Assembly: GCA_026129095.1 (NCBI GenBank)
Contig: JAHCIT010000005.1
Span: 62,001-126,000, forward strand
DNA: 64,000 nucleotides
Direction: 5' to 3'
Source: Deltaproteobacteria bacterium
Lineage (GTDB): Bacteria; JAGRBM01; JAHCIT01
Within the stretch, counting starts at the first letter, position 1; every line of letters begins with the position of its first letter. A model generated the notes under the pieces. The model was not told the origin of the DNA, made no database searches, and saw only the letters and a list, made by a program, of their open reading frames with translations. Shown in pieces: positions 38,140-48,404 of the stretch. A program made the position numbers and the translations under genes.

Positions 38140-38663
38140 ACAGCGCCTCAACGGAAGCCGCCGCGGCAAGCGGGAGCTCAAAAAAACCGCCAGAGGTACC
38201 CCATGCGACCGGGTTTGCGGCCGGTATCTCGTTTGGCATCTGCATTAGCGGGATCTGGTATTCCTACACATTGATGACCACGCCTCCTGCGGTGATTGTC
38301 ACCACCTGGAGCCTGCCACTGGCCATCCTTGCGGCTGGCTTTGCCGGCGTCCTGGCCGGCTCACGCGGCGCACTCCGGTTTACCCGCTTTACCGTGGGAC
38401 TTCTGCTGGCCACAGGATCACCGGTGCTCGTCCATACCATCGCAGCCGGAGAGAGCATGCCGCTCCGGATCGCCTCGTTCGGCCTGACCTGCTACCTCGT
38501 GTCACTGCTCCTGATCCTCAGCGGCGACCCGGACGGAGTGCTGGGACCACCCCCGCAGCGGGGACAGATACCCCGGCGGGGGATCGCCATCGGAATAGTC
38601 GCGGTGGCCTTCTCCGCTGCTGCCTGGATTTGGGCCGAACGGAACGGCATCCGGCTATGGTAA
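38136..38663 (+). CDS. Hypothetical membrane protein
   Basis: About 5 hydrophobic segments; ATGA overlap with the HAD gene. Confidence 0.65.
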   Translation: MNSASTEAAAASGSSKKPPEVPHATGFAAGISFGICISGIWYSYTLMTTPPAVIVTTWSLPLAILAAGFAGVLAGSRGALRFTRFTVGLLLATGSPVLVHTIAAGESMPLRIASFGLTCYLVSLLLILSGDPDGVLGPPPQRGQIPRRGIAIGIVAVAFSAAAWIWAERNGIRLW

Positions 38664-38756
38664 ACAGCCGTGGCCGTTCGCTACGGTTTCGCCTACGATT
38701 GCCACCAAACCCAGGGCCCACTGACCGTAATCTCCCAGGAGAGGATTAGCTGCCGC

Positions 38757-39473
38757 ATGCCGCGGACCATTGTCCATGTCGATGACGATCCCGTTGTCCT
38801 ACAGCTACTCGCCACGGTGCTGGGGCGGGATGGTGTTCGTGTCGTGTCCGTCAGCAACCCGCTGACTGCCGCCAAAACGATCGCCGAAAACCATCCAGAC
38901 CTCGTCATCTGTGATATCTCCATGCCCGGGAAAAACGGGTTCGAGGTCATCCGCGAAATCCGCTACGCCACCCCGCCGGTTGACTGTCCGGTTATTTTCT
39001 TTTCAGCGATGGGGGATGATGTCTATCTGCGGATGGCGATGGACCTCGGCGCAGTGGATTTCGTCCGCAAGCCGGCATCTACCTCTGAAATCCGTGCGCG
39101 CGTCAAGGCCTGGTTCGCACCGGAAGGTGATCCCGCCCGCCGGCAAAAACACACGGTGATGCGCGGCCAGATGGATCTGCTCAGCGTGGCCGACATGCTG
39201 AGGTTCTTCGACCTGCGCCGGAAATCCGGCATCATCAAGATCTGGACTAACGGGGAGCGCCGGGGGGAACTGCACGTTTCGGGAAGCGTGGTCGTGAATG
39301 CACTCGACTCGCAGGGGTCGGGCGAGGAAGCCGCCCGGCGGCTTCTGGCAGTGAAATCAGGTGAAATCGAAGCGGTGATACTGGACAGTGTGGAAGCCCG
39401 CTCCGGAATGCAGATGCCGGTTTCCAGGCTGCTGGGGGAGTCGCTGCCTCCTCCGCCCGAAGAAGCCGGCTGA
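38757..39473 (+). CDS. Response regulator with C-terminal DUF4388/PATAN-like domain
   Basis: VDDD, CDISMPGKNG, KP; then GQMDLLSVADMLRFFDLRRKSG. Confidence 0.85.
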   Translation: MPRTIVHVDDDPVVLQLLATVLGRDGVRVVSVSNPLTAAKTIAENHPDLVICDISMPGKNGFEVIREIRYATPPVDCPVIFFSAMGDDVYLRMAMDLGAVDFVRKPASTSEIRARVKAWFAPEGDPARRQKHTVMRGQMDLLSVADMLRFFDLRRKSGIIKIWTNGERRGELHVSGSVVVNALDSQGSGEEAARRLLAVKSGEIEAVILDSVEARSGMQMPVSRLLGESLPPPPEEAG

Positions 39474-39474
39474 G

Positions 39475-39687
39475 TCAGTTTCCCAGCCGGGCTACCGGGG
39501 CACGGACCGGGCCGGTGAACCCCTCGAAGACCACTTCGATCACCTCGGTGCCGTCCACCGTTTCGGCCATGCCAACCACCGTTCCCGTCGTCCCGGCCCT
39601 GATCTGGGCCTCGCCTCCGCCCCGTATCAGCGGTGCGGAAAAATCCGCCACCGCCTTGATGACATCGCCCGGCATGAAGTCGCTCAT
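39475..39687 (-). CDS. Small hypothetical beta-rich (SH3-like) protein
   Basis: 70 aa; FMPGDVIKA...AGTTGTVV. Confidence 0.55.
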   Translation of the reverse strand: MSDFMPGDVIKAVADFSAPLIRGGGEAQIRAGTTGTVVGMAETVDGTEVIEVVFEGFTGPVRAPVARLGN

Positions 39688-39780
39688 GATTGCTCAGTCC
39701 CGCTTTCCCGTAAAAACCAGTCAGGGCGCGGGAGTTAGCATGCCCCCGCGCCCTGCTGGCGAATGGCTGCCCCTACCGGG

Positions 39781-40248
39781 TCAGGACTTGGAGAACCGGC
39801 TGATGTCCCCCGGCTTGCGGAGCATCTTGTCCACTTCGCCCAAGTGCATCGTCTCCATGTAGATATGTTCGCGGGCATATTCTTCCAGCATCACGTCCTC
39901 GCCCTCGACTGCCTCCAGCAGTTCCTCATAGAGCTTGAGCGTGGCCCGCTCGTGGTTGAGGGATTCCCGGAGGATGTCCCCGATGTCGTGCTTCTGGGTC
40001 TCCAGCAGCGGTCCGATACCGAGCGAGGGATGGTCCCCCAGCGTCGTCACCAGTTCGCCGGCGGTTTCCGCATGCTTGAGCGACTCGGCGGCCTGTTCCC
40101 GGAGCCAGCTCACGATCGGAATCCGGTTGTAGCCATAAACCATGAACGAGTAGTGGGTGTAGTGAACGGCACCAGCCAGCTCCATCTCCAGGATACGGTT
40201 CAGGAACTTCACGGCCTTTTTTCGTACAGCGTCTTTCATCGTGTGCAT
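39781..40248 (-). CDS. bfr: Bacterioferritin / ferritin-like protein
   Basis: LEMELAG..HY, ES.KH, HE, EE..H diiron pattern. Confidence 0.85.
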   Translation of the reverse strand: MHTMKDAVRKKAVKFLNRILEMELAGAVHYTHYSFMVYGYNRIPIVSWLREQAAESLKHAETAGELVTTLGDHPSLGIGPLLETQKHDIGDILRESLNHERATLKLYEELLEAVEGEDVMLEEYAREHIYMETMHLGEVDKMLRKPGDISRFSKS

Positions 40249-40352
40249 TTCCCTTTGGTCTGCTTCGCCCTCGGGCGGTATTCAGGACCACTTCTTATCC
40301 AAAAATCCGGCCTTCTGTCAGCCGCATTTTCCGATGTCTCTAGTCGGACGAA

Positions 40353-40367
40353 TGAAAATCACAATCA
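40353..40367. promoter_or_regulatory. Fur-like box upstream of bfr
   Basis: TGAAAATCACAATCA versus TGATAATnATTATCA (11/14). Confidence 0.45.
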
Positions 40368-40381
40368 GGTTTGACTGCGGG

Positions 40382-41818
40382 CTAGAAGTTCCAGCCCACG
40401 GCCAGGTTGAACTGCTGCGGGTCGTCGCTGGTGTTCGAGAACATCCACTCGTAATCAGCCTTGAACACCACCCCCGGATGCGGAAGCCAGGCGACTCCGG
40501 CCACCACCTGGCGCCGGAGGCGGTTCGGATCCTTGACGTACCCTGCGGGAACCTTGCTCTGCATGTCCACGTCCTCGTACCGCAGGAACACCCGGCCACT
40601 CTGGTCCAGCGTCGGTGCCACGGCCGCCAGCAGGTCATAGGAAGCCTCCATATTCCAGCCCCAGAACCGCCCCGACACGACATTCCTTGAAGTCACACTG
40701 CCGGGTGCGACCGGCAGGAAGGTCGCGCTGTCGCCGTCATCGTTACGGATCGCCGACAGGGCAGCGTTGAGCGCACCGGCACGGCTGATGAAGCCAAGGC
40801 CGTGGCCGAACCGGAACTCGGCCCTTTCGATTTTGGCAATGATGTCACTGGTGAACATGCTGACGCGGATATCCTTGAGTCCGTTGAGCGAACAGGGATT
40901 CGCACCCGCCGCCGCCGACTGTCCTGACACCTTGCAGTCCTGGAACAGGTTGTGATCGGCGCCTCCGTGGTAGCCAAACAGGCCGATCAGGATATCCTCG
41001 GTCGGGTAGAGTTCGATCCGTCCTGCAAACGCGAGGTCATCGGCAAATGCCTGGATGCCTTTCTGGCGGCCGTTGCGGATACCGTCACGTGCGCGGAACC
41101 TGTCGGCACGGAGGCCATCGATCACCTGGACTTCGTAGTGCAGCCAGTCGGTTGGTTGGCCGTAAATACCGATACCGGGCTCCCACCACGTTGTCGGCCG
41201 GACAATCCGGTCGAGCAACGGGCGCTGCGCGCTCCAGTAGGTCGTGGGCTCGTGATACTTGTTAATATGGCTGACCGGAACGAGCAGGACGCCCGCCTGG
41301 ACACCGAACGCCTTGTGGGGCCTCAGGTCAATGAGGAGCTGTTCCATCTCGACTTCTGCACCGCCGTGCTCAATCTCGACCTCGGCAAAAAACCGGATCC
41401 AGTCATTGAAGTCATGCCCCAGGAACAGGATGAACCGGTAAGCATCCACGTTGTTGGCGTTGTCGAAGTTGTTGAAACTTGCGAAACCCGGACCCACATC
41501 GCTGGGTGCACGGTAAATCACCTCACCATACGAACCGATTGACGTGCCGCCCATGATCCGCTGGGTGAACGAGCGGAATGGGCCCCCTGGCGCAGCGGCC
41601 GAAAGCGAATCCGGGTCGCCGTCAGTGGCACCCTTTTGCAGGGTTCCCGATTTTGCACTCTTTCCGAGTGCCTCAACCTGCTGCCGAAGCTCCTGTATCT
41701 CCTTGCGGAGTTCCACCGACGTGTCGGCGGCCTCTTCGGCCCGAAGCGGCGATACGGCTGCGATTAGGGAAAAAATCATTCCAATAACAAGCCCCGCACT
41801 TACATGGTGCTGTTTCAT
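40382..41818 (-). CDS. Outer-membrane beta-barrel porin-like protein
   Basis: Signal peptide, coiled coil, IGSYGE, EVEIEHG, HEPTT, terminal AVGWNF. Confidence 0.82.
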   Translation of the reverse strand: MKQHHVSAGLVIGMIFSLIAAVSPLRAEEAADTSVELRKEIQELRQQVEALGKSAKSGTLQKGATDGDPDSLSAAAPGGPFRSFTQRIMGGTSIGSYGEVIYRAPSDVGPGFASFNNFDNANNVDAYRFILFLGHDFNDWIRFFAEVEIEHGGAEVEMEQLLIDLRPHKAFGVQAGVLLVPVSHINKYHEPTTYWSAQRPLLDRIVRPTTWWEPGIGIYGQPTDWLHYEVQVIDGLRADRFRARDGIRNGRQKGIQAFADDLAFAGRIELYPTEDILIGLFGYHGGADHNLFQDCKVSGQSAAAGANPCSLNGLKDIRVSMFTSDIIAKIERAEFRFGHGLGFISRAGALNAALSAIRNDDGDSATFLPVAPGSVTSRNVVSGRFWGWNMEASYDLLAAVAPTLDQSGRVFLRYEDVDMQSKVPAGYVKDPNRLRRQVVAGVAWLPHPGVVFKADYEWMFSNTSDDPQQFNLAVGWNF

Positions 41819-41885
41819 CTTTCACTCCCCTGAAGCACCTCGAGTTGCCGGGTGCTTCCTGTCCACACCGAGGATTAGTCTTTTT

Positions 41886-41900
41886 TGAAAACGATTGTCA
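41886..41900. promoter_or_regulatory. Fur-like box upstream of the porin
   Basis: TGAAAACGATTGTCA (11/14 to the 7-1-7 consensus) in AT-rich context. Confidence 0.55.
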
Positions 41901-42025
41901 ATTACATTTTCATATCAGGTCTGTTCAAACTGGCAACCCTGCCCACCAGGGATCAGCAAGTCGCTAGAAATAATGGGATTTCAGGGTCTTGTGTTCCGCC
42001 AGAAAAATTGGCGGTAGCTTCGGGG

Positions 42026-42508
42026 TCAGCCTGGTTTTCGGGCCTGCTGGTGACGGTAGACAAACGCCCGAACGGCGTCGCGAAGCTCGCTATCAGCGAC
42101 TTCCGCCAGCCGGGCTTCAACGTCAGGAGGGAGTGCGCCCGGTGGCGGGGCGGGCAGGCGGTTCACCCGTGGCGAGCCGTTGCCGCCGGGAGTGCTGTCC
42201 GCCCACCGGCGGGTGCGGACACGGACCTCGCGGAACCGGGCGAATCCGCGCTCATGGAGGTGCTCAAGGATCATTCCGCTCAGGTTCCGGGCCTCCTCGG
42301 CCCAGGCATCCGTGCGGGCGTCCAGAAAGAGGATTTCGCCCTGGCTGAAGGCCGGACGGACATTCCGGGCAAAAGGGCCACCGACGACCAGTGGCCAGGC
42401 GCGGCGCAGCTCGATATCGGCCGACCGGGCGGAATGGCCCGTCACGCCGAGCGTTTCGCCCAGAAGCTCGTCAGCCCGGCGCACCGGTTTGTGCCGTTTG
42501 GGAGGCAT
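42026..42508 (-). CDS. DUF721/DciA-like protein
   Basis: WPLVVG..FARNVRP....GEILFL....AWAEE. Confidence 0.75.
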   Translation of the reverse strand: MPPKRHKPVRRADELLGETLGVTGHSARSADIELRRAWPLVVGGPFARNVRPAFSQGEILFLDARTDAWAEEARNLSGMILEHLHERGFARFREVRVRTRRWADSTPGGNGSPRVNRLPAPPPGALPPDVEARLAEVADSELRDAVRAFVYRHQQARKPG

Positions 42509-42647
42509 ATACCCTGAAGGAAAGGCTGGCCCCTGCACGGCCGGGGTTCAAACCCGTCCATTATGAGATGTTGTTCATGTGAATTGACTCTCCGGGGCCC
42601 CATCGGGAAAATGGACAAGAGGGGCACCGCCTGCTGAAAGCCTGATA

Positions 42648-43244
42648 GTGATCCGATTCCTCGTCATAGCCGCACTCCTGTTCGTCGCCTTCGTACTGGG
42701 CATTATCGTCGCCAGGGACGACCTGCGCGAGGACGCCATCGACCACGCCCGCACGGCCATGACCCAGGCGTCCAGGGACGCCGCCAGGAAGGACCGGGAA
42801 ACTGCCCGGAAAGACAAGGACCGCAAGAGCGGCAGCCCTTCCTGGGGGCCCTGGGGAAGTTCCGGTCTGGGCGACCAGGACCGGGAAGACCAGAAGGTCG
42901 CCACCCGCCGCGACCCGCCTCCCACCCTGCGCCAGTCCCCCGATGCACCGGTTGACTACTCGGTGCCCGAGGAACGGCTCCCGGTTTCGCCAGCCGAAGA
43001 GGCCGCCGTCCGCCGGAGCCAGGAAAAGGGAAAAACCACCGGCGATCCCGAACGGCTTCGCCGGGCCGAGGAACGCCGGGCCGAACGCGAGCGGCTGCTG
43101 GCCATGACCCCCGAGCAGCGCAAGGCCTACCGCGAGGAGCGCAAGGCCGAGCGCGAGGCCCGGCGTGCACAGCGGGGCAGCCGCAACAACACGAAGACGG
43201 AAAATCCCCAGAGCGTCGAGGATATCCTCGAAGATAATCCCTGA
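42648..43244 (+). CDS. Hypothetical membrane-anchored charged protein
   Basis: N-terminal TM, Arg/Glu-rich; stop overlaps the ggt start. Confidence 0.65.
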   Translation: MIRFLVIAALLFVAFVLGIIVARDDLREDAIDHARTAMTQASRDAARKDRETARKDKDRKSGSPSWGPWGSSGLGDQDREDQKVATRRDPPPTLRQSPDAPVDYSVPEERLPVSPAEEAAVRRSQEKGKTTGDPERLRRAEERRAERERLLAMTPEQRKAYREERKAEREARRAQRGSRNNTKTENPQSVEDILEDNP

Positions 43245-44938
43245 TGACGGGAACTGCTCCGGCAGCGGCACGACTGGCCCCCAGCCTTCTGGCCGGGTTC
43301 CTCGCCATCACGGCGGTTGCCTGCGCCGGATTTCTCCAGTCCAGGCCCCCATCCCGCACGTCGGCTGTTGCGGCCAGCCACCCGCTGGCGACGGAATCGG
43401 CGGCACGGATCCTGACCGAAGGCGGATCAGCCATTGATGCGGCCATCGCGGCGGCGCTGGTGCTCAACGTGGCCGAGCCCTGGAACTCCGGCCTCGGCGG
43501 CGGCGGGTTCGCACTGGTTCACGACCCGGAGAAAGGCGCCGTCTCGTTCGACTTCCGCGAGCGGGCCCCCGCCGGGTTCGATGCCGCCGCGTTCGAGAAG
43601 ATACTGGCGAAACAGATTCACGCCTCGGTGGACGGCCCCCTTGCGGTCGCGGTTCCGTCCCTCTGGCCCGCGCTCATTGAACTCCACGCCCGCTACGGGC
43701 GGCTCCCCCTGGACCGGCTGGTCGAGGACGCCCGGCGGCACGCGGCAGATGGAGTGGCCCTAACGGGAGCTTACGGCGAGCGGTGCGAGCGGCGGAAGGC
43801 GGCCCTGGCGGCCGACTCCAATGCCCGGCGGATATTCCTGGACAGCAGCGGCAACTGCCCCGCTTCAGGGTGGATTCTGGTTCAGCCGGAACTGGCCAGC
43901 GTGCTGGGCCGCCTTGCCCCCAATCCGTCGCTCGATGAATGGAACGGCATCGTTGAGGCTCCGCTCGCCAAGCGGCTCGCACCGGCGGGAAATCCCGTCT
44001 CCGGGGCGGATCTTCGCGCCGCCGTTCCGGTCGAACGGCCCCCCGTGCGCGGCCGGTTCCGCAACCACGAGATCGTCTCGATGGGGCCGCCCTCGTCGGG
44101 CGGCATCATCGTGATCGGGCTTCTGCAAACGTACGAGGCAGCGGCGGGACTGTTTGCGGAGATGCCCCGCGATCTCCTGTGGATCAAGGCGTCGCGGCTC
44201 GCCTTCTTTGACCGGGCGAAACTCCTGGGCGATCCCGGCTTCTCGGATGTCCCGTCGCAGAAGCTGACCTCGGCGGATTACGCCCGCCGCCAGGCGGCCC
44301 GGATCAAACCCGGCTCGCGTCTGTTGCTGGACGAAGCATCACCCTCGCCTGCCGGTGGTACCGACACGACGCATCTCTCTGTCGTTGACAAGAGCGGGCT
44401 CGCCGTCGCCATGACGCTCTCCATCAACACGTCATTCGGTTCCGGCGTGGTGATCCCCGGAACCGGGATCCTCCTGAACAACCACATGGACGATTTCTAC
44501 CTCCGCCGCCCGAACGCCTACGGGCTCGTGGGGAACGAGCGTAACGCCCCCGCCCCCGGCAAGCGGCCTCTTTCCAGCATGGCCCCGACCCTTCTCTACG
44601 GGCCGGACGGGAAGCTCACTGCCGCACTCGGCTCACCGGGCGGAAGCCGGATCCCCTCGGCCGTTGCGTGGACGATCCGTGGACTGGTGGAAAAGAATCT
44701 TTCCGGCCGTGAGGCCATCTGCTCGCCCCGCCTTCACCACCAGTGGCAGCCGGATATCCTTTTTGCCGACCGGGAGGCCCCGGCAGCCGAACTCGCCGCT
44801 GCCGGATATACGGTACAGCCCGCCGCCACCGGCATCGGAAACGTGCAGATGGTCCTTCGCACACCGTCCGGCTGGGAGGCCCACTCCGACTGCCGCGGGG
44901 AAGGGACCGGCTGGTCTGGAACCGCCGGAGCGCCATGA
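43244..44938 (+). CDS. ggt: Gamma-glutamyltransferase
   Basis: GGSAIDAA, SGLGGGGF, DFRERAP, TTHLSVVD, LNNHMDDF, RPLSSM, GSPGG. Confidence 0.95.
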   Translation: MTGTAPAAARLAPSLLAGFLAITAVACAGFLQSRPPSRTSAVAASHPLATESAARILTEGGSAIDAAIAAALVLNVAEPWNSGLGGGGFALVHDPEKGAVSFDFRERAPAGFDAAAFEKILAKQIHASVDGPLAVAVPSLWPALIELHARYGRLPLDRLVEDARRHAADGVALTGAYGERCERRKAALAADSNARRIFLDSSGNCPASGWILVQPELASVLGRLAPNPSLDEWNGIVEAPLAKRLAPAGNPVSGADLRAAVPVERPPVRGRFRNHEIVSMGPPSSGGIIVIGLLQTYEAAAGLFAEMPRDLLWIKASRLAFFDRAKLLGDPGFSDVPSQKLTSADYARRQAARIKPGSRLLLDEASPSPAGGTDTTHLSVVDKSGLAVAMTLSINTSFGSGVVIPGTGILLNNHMDDFYLRRPNAYGLVGNERNAPAPGKRPLSSMAPTLLYGPDGKLTAALGSPGGSRIPSAVAWTIRGLVEKNLSGREAICSPRLHHQWQPDILFADREAPAAELAAAGYTVQPAATGIGNVQMVLRTPSGWEAHSDCRGEGTGWSGTAGAP

Positions 44939-46062
44939 TCTGCCACCTCACCTCCAGCTATCCCACCAGCCGGGTGCCCTATTCGGGACACTTCATCCAT
45001 GCGCTCGCCCGCCAGCAGCAACTGACCGGCAGCGGCGTGCTGGTCATCGCCCCGGAGGCTGACCGCCCGGCGGCCCTCCGCGAAACCGGAGAGCCGCGCC
45101 TTGTCACCTTCGAGGCGGGAACCGGATTCGACCTGCCGGGCGGGCTCAAGGCGCTGCTGGAGACGAAACCCGCCGCCACCTCGGCGCGGCTCCCCGGCTA
45201 CCTGCAGAAGATGCTAATGGCGGTCCTCGATCAGGCGCGGACGGCGGAAGTGATCCATGCCCACTGGCTCGCCCCGGCGGGAATCGTCGCACTCATCGCA
45301 CGGGCGGCCATCGGGATTCCCGTCTGTCTCACCGCGCGAGGGAGCGACGTGACGCTGCTCGAAAAACTCCCGGCGGCGGCCGCCCTGCTCTTTGCCGGCG
45401 TACCAGTCGCTGCCGTTTCGGACCCGCTCGCCGCACGGCTACGTGCGCTGGGACTTGTCCGCGTCCGGACGATCGCGCAGCCGGCGGCCACCGGCACCGG
45501 CGAGCCGCCGCCCTGGACCAGCCGGGACCGGAGCCGGTTCGGCTGGGCAGGATCGCTCGTTCCGGGCAAGAGGCCCGATCTTGCCATCGAGGCGGTCCGG
45601 CTGCTCCCCGGTGCGACGCTGGACATACTGGGCGATGGCCCCCTGCGGGCAGAACTGGAAAAGACCTGTACAGATAACGGGCTCGGCGGCCGTGTCCGGT
45701 TTCATGGTGCGGTACCGCCGGACTCCATCCCTGCCTTTCTCAAGGAGATATCCGCTCTCGTTTTCACATCGGAGGCCGAAGGCCGCCCGAACATCGTGCT
45801 GGAGGCTGTCCTCACCGGGACGCCCGTCATCGCCTCGGCCATTCCGGCGGTCACGGAACTCCGGGGGCTCGGCGGAAACTTCCGCCCGTTCGCACCGGGA
45901 TCGGCCGGGGAACTCGCCGCCGCCATGCGCGACCACATGGCCAGCCTGATGCAGAGCCGCCAGATGGCCGAAGCGGCACGGGCGGGGATTCGCCTTCCTT
46001 CGTGGCCGGAAACCCTCGAAAGCTACGCGGAACTCTACCGCTCGGCGGCCGCCGCCGTCTGA
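44935..46062 (+). CDS. Glycosyltransferase family 4
   Basis: IHAHW, TARGSD, GDGPLR, EGRPNIVLEA. Confidence 0.92.
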   Translation: MICHLTSSYPTSRVPYSGHFIHALARQQQLTGSGVLVIAPEADRPAALRETGEPRLVTFEAGTGFDLPGGLKALLETKPAATSARLPGYLQKMLMAVLDQARTAEVIHAHWLAPAGIVALIARAAIGIPVCLTARGSDVTLLEKLPAAAALLFAGVPVAAVSDPLAARLRALGLVRVRTIAQPAATGTGEPPPWTSRDRSRFGWAGSLVPGKRPDLAIEAVRLLPGATLDILGDGPLRAELEKTCTDNGLGGRVRFHGAVPPDSIPAFLKEISALVFTSEAEGRPNIVLEAVLTGTPVIASAIPAVTELRGLGGNFRPFAPGSAGELAAAMRDHMASLMQSRQMAEAARAGIRLPSWPETLESYAELYRSAAAAV

Positions 46063-46173
46063 CCGGGCCTCTGGTTTCGGCCGGCTTTCCCCGGCGCCTT
46101 GAAAAAACGGGCCGGTGCGTTCACAAGAGTTTCGCCTTGAGTTGAGGGGGCTCCCGCCCCCCATGTTCACACT

Positions 46174-46250
46174 GGGTCGCTAGCTCAGCTGGTTAGAGCA
46201 TCTGCCTTTTAAGCAGAGGGTCCCGGGTTCGAGTCCCGGGCGACCCACCA
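46174..46250 (+). tRNA. tRNA-Lys(TTT)
   Basis: Full cloverleaf GGGTCGC...GCGACCC-ACCA; anticodon arm TCTGC-CTTTTAA-GCAGA. Confidence 0.97.
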
Positions 46251-46296
46251 CTTTAAAGCCATTCTAAGACCGATTTCAGTTTCAGCCGATATGCTG

Positions 46297-46316
46297 GAGC
46301 AACCATAGAGCAACCA
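46297..46316 (+). repeat. Putative integrase arm sites, left (GAGCAACCA x2)
   Basis: Copies at 46297 and 46308; same pair at 50853 and 50864. Confidence 0.75.
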
Positions 46317-46668
46317 GACGGCTCCGTTACTACCGAACACCCAGGATCACTCCCGAACGACCCCACCACCGGGGGAAAAAAACCGCCCCCTTGCACAAAT
46401 AGTTCAACCTGGGTTCCCCCCCGAGGGGTGAAAAAATGGGATTTTCGCCGTAATTCCCGCCGGGGTTATCTCTTTCGGGGTTATCCCCCCGCCCGGAAAA
46501 ATAATTACGGAGCCGCCGGAAATTACCGGAGCCAGGTTATTCCGGCGGGGCAGATTGCCACCTTGCCGTTCCGTTCAGGTATCACACGCTAAAAGCCGGT
46601 TCCGGCAACTTACCGGCAGGTCCAGGTTGCGGGACTGGCGCCCCGGGCCGGTTAGCCCACTCGAAACG

Positions 46669-48150
46669 TCAACTTTGCAACTTGTCCGTTTCAGAGTGCC
46701 CCGCGTCATCCGCCGGGAGCGACCACCACCAGCCGCCTTGCCCCCGGTTGCCCTCGCTCCGGCGTTCCTTCCGGCATCCGAGCGCCCGGAAAACCCGGCG
46801 GACGGTCTTGTCACCGTGACCGAGGGCACGGGCGGCCTTGAACAACTCGCTAGATTTCTTGGGACCGTCCGACAACTGTTCTTCCACGAATTGGCGGGCC
46901 TCTTCCCGTGCGCTCCGTTCCTCGCTGGTGGCCTCGGGCGCGAGCAGGTCATGGGCCTGAAGATCGGTTTCGCCGGTCCACTGGAACCGTCCGTCCGCCA
47001 GCGAAAAGGTCAGTGATTTACCCGGCGCGGAACAGGACGCCTTGACGTGGGCAATGACCCGGCCGGCCGGGTTATCAGGCAGCGGCGCAACCAGCAGTTG
47101 CGAACGGGCCGCCGCCGTGAAGTCTATTGAGCCGAGCCCCCGGTATAACGCCGCGTCCTTCGCCTGTTTGCCGAGGTGCCGGATGAGCACGATGGCGCAC
47201 CCGTGCTTTTGGGCCAGCCCGGAGAGGGTGTCCAGAACGGGCCGGACCTCGTTCGCCTTGTTCATATCCACGTTCGGCCCGAGAAAACTCTGCACCGGGT
47301 CCACCACGGCCAGCGCCGGGCGGACTTGGGAAAGGTGCCGGTCGAGAAACGCCACGTCCTGAAGGGAGAACGTGCCGAGCCGCTTTCCCTCCGTCCGCTT
47401 CCCCTGAAGGGCGAACACCCTCGAAGGTTCGCCGCCGTAGGCTTCCAGTCTCGGGCGGATCGTATCGGCCAGCCCGTCCTCGCGGGTCATGTAAAGGGTA
47501 CTTGACGGTTCCCGCCCCGCCGTGTCGCCGGGCAGCGTACCGCCACGGGAAAGGGCCGCCGCTATCTGGAGCAAGAGCGAGGTTTTCCCGCAGCCCGGAT
47601 TGCCTTCAACGATGGTCAGCTTCCGCACCGGGAGAAACGGATTCCACAGGTATTCGACCGTTTCCGGTTCCACGTCCGCCAGACAGACCAGTTCAGACTC
47701 GCCGGAGCCCGGCGGCTGAAGCGCACCGCCAAGCTCCTGGAGTTCCGCCAGAAGCGGCGATACATCCTCACCTTGCCGGTTTCCGTCAATGGCCTGCCGC
47801 AGCAGCCGGTCCCGCTCCCGGTTGGACTTCAGCCGGGCCAGCGTTTCCAGCTTGCCCGGCAGTTCAACGGCGCTCACGGCTTCGGCTTCCAGTTCCGCCA
47901 GAAACGAATGAACGCCCTGAAGCATTTCCCCGCGAAGGGTGATCCGCCGCCCGAGGTTCACCGGGTCAATCGCTTCCCCGGACTCCCGAAGCTCCCGCAT
48001 CGCTTCAAAGGCTTCCCGGCAATGGGCGTGCGTGAACACCTCGGGCGCGATTTCACCGGCACGGTCCAGCCCGGCAGGGTCCAGCAGGATCATGCCGAGA
48101 ACCGCCTTTTCCGTCGCCTCGTCGGCAAGGTGCGGATTCCCGGGCGTCAT
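46669..48150 (-). CDS. DnaB N-terminal-like domain fused to RepA/AAA_25-type helicase
   Basis: EKAVLGMILLDP...F....R..FEAM..L...GEAIDPV; Walker A GNPGCGKT; VVDP; RHLGK; GLGSIDFTAAARS. Confidence 0.85.
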   Translation of the reverse strand: MTPGNPHLADEATEKAVLGMILLDPAGLDRAGEIAPEVFTHAHCREAFEAMRELRESGEAIDPVNLGRRITLRGEMLQGVHSFLAELEAEAVSAVELPGKLETLARLKSNRERDRLLRQAIDGNRQGEDVSPLLAELQELGGALQPPGSGESELVCLADVEPETVEYLWNPFLPVRKLTIVEGNPGCGKTSLLLQIAAALSRGGTLPGDTAGREPSSTLYMTREDGLADTIRPRLEAYGGEPSRVFALQGKRTEGKRLGTFSLQDVAFLDRHLSQVRPALAVVDPVQSFLGPNVDMNKANEVRPVLDTLSGLAQKHGCAIVLIRHLGKQAKDAALYRGLGSIDFTAAARSQLLVAPLPDNPAGRVIAHVKASCSAPGKSLTFSLADGRFQWTGETDLQAHDLLAPEATSEERSAREEARQFVEEQLSDGPKKSSELFKAARALGHGDKTVRRVFRALGCRKERRSEGNRGQGGWWWSLPADDAGHSETDKLQS

Positions 48151-48404
48151 ACGGCAGTTCTCCCTCTGTCCGTCAACCTGACCGCTGGAAATTTGTATAA
48201 GGGATGAATACAGAATTGAACCAGTCCGTCCTTCTCAAGCGCCTTCAATATCGCTGTGAGCCTGGTGTTCGTCAAAGACCCACCTAGCGAGTCTCGCACC
48301 GACTCGATGGATATATCATCGTTTCGCCCGCCCAATTGACGTATCCTGATCAGGACGTGTTGCTGGATCACAAGATCGAGCGAACTGTTCCGCGTGCGTT
48401 TCAT
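48147..48404 (-). CDS. Small winged-helix-like protein
   Basis: 85 aa; ILKALEKDGLV...VRLTDRG; ATGA overlaps on both sides. Confidence 0.65.
   Translation of the reverse strand: MKRTRNSSLDLVIQQHVLIRIRQLGGRNDDISIESVRDSLGGSLTNTRLTAILKALEKDGLVQFCIHPLYKFPAVRLTDRGRTAV

Noticed and set aside
39475-39687. nifZ
   Set aside because: Only a loose SH3-like pattern and no nif context
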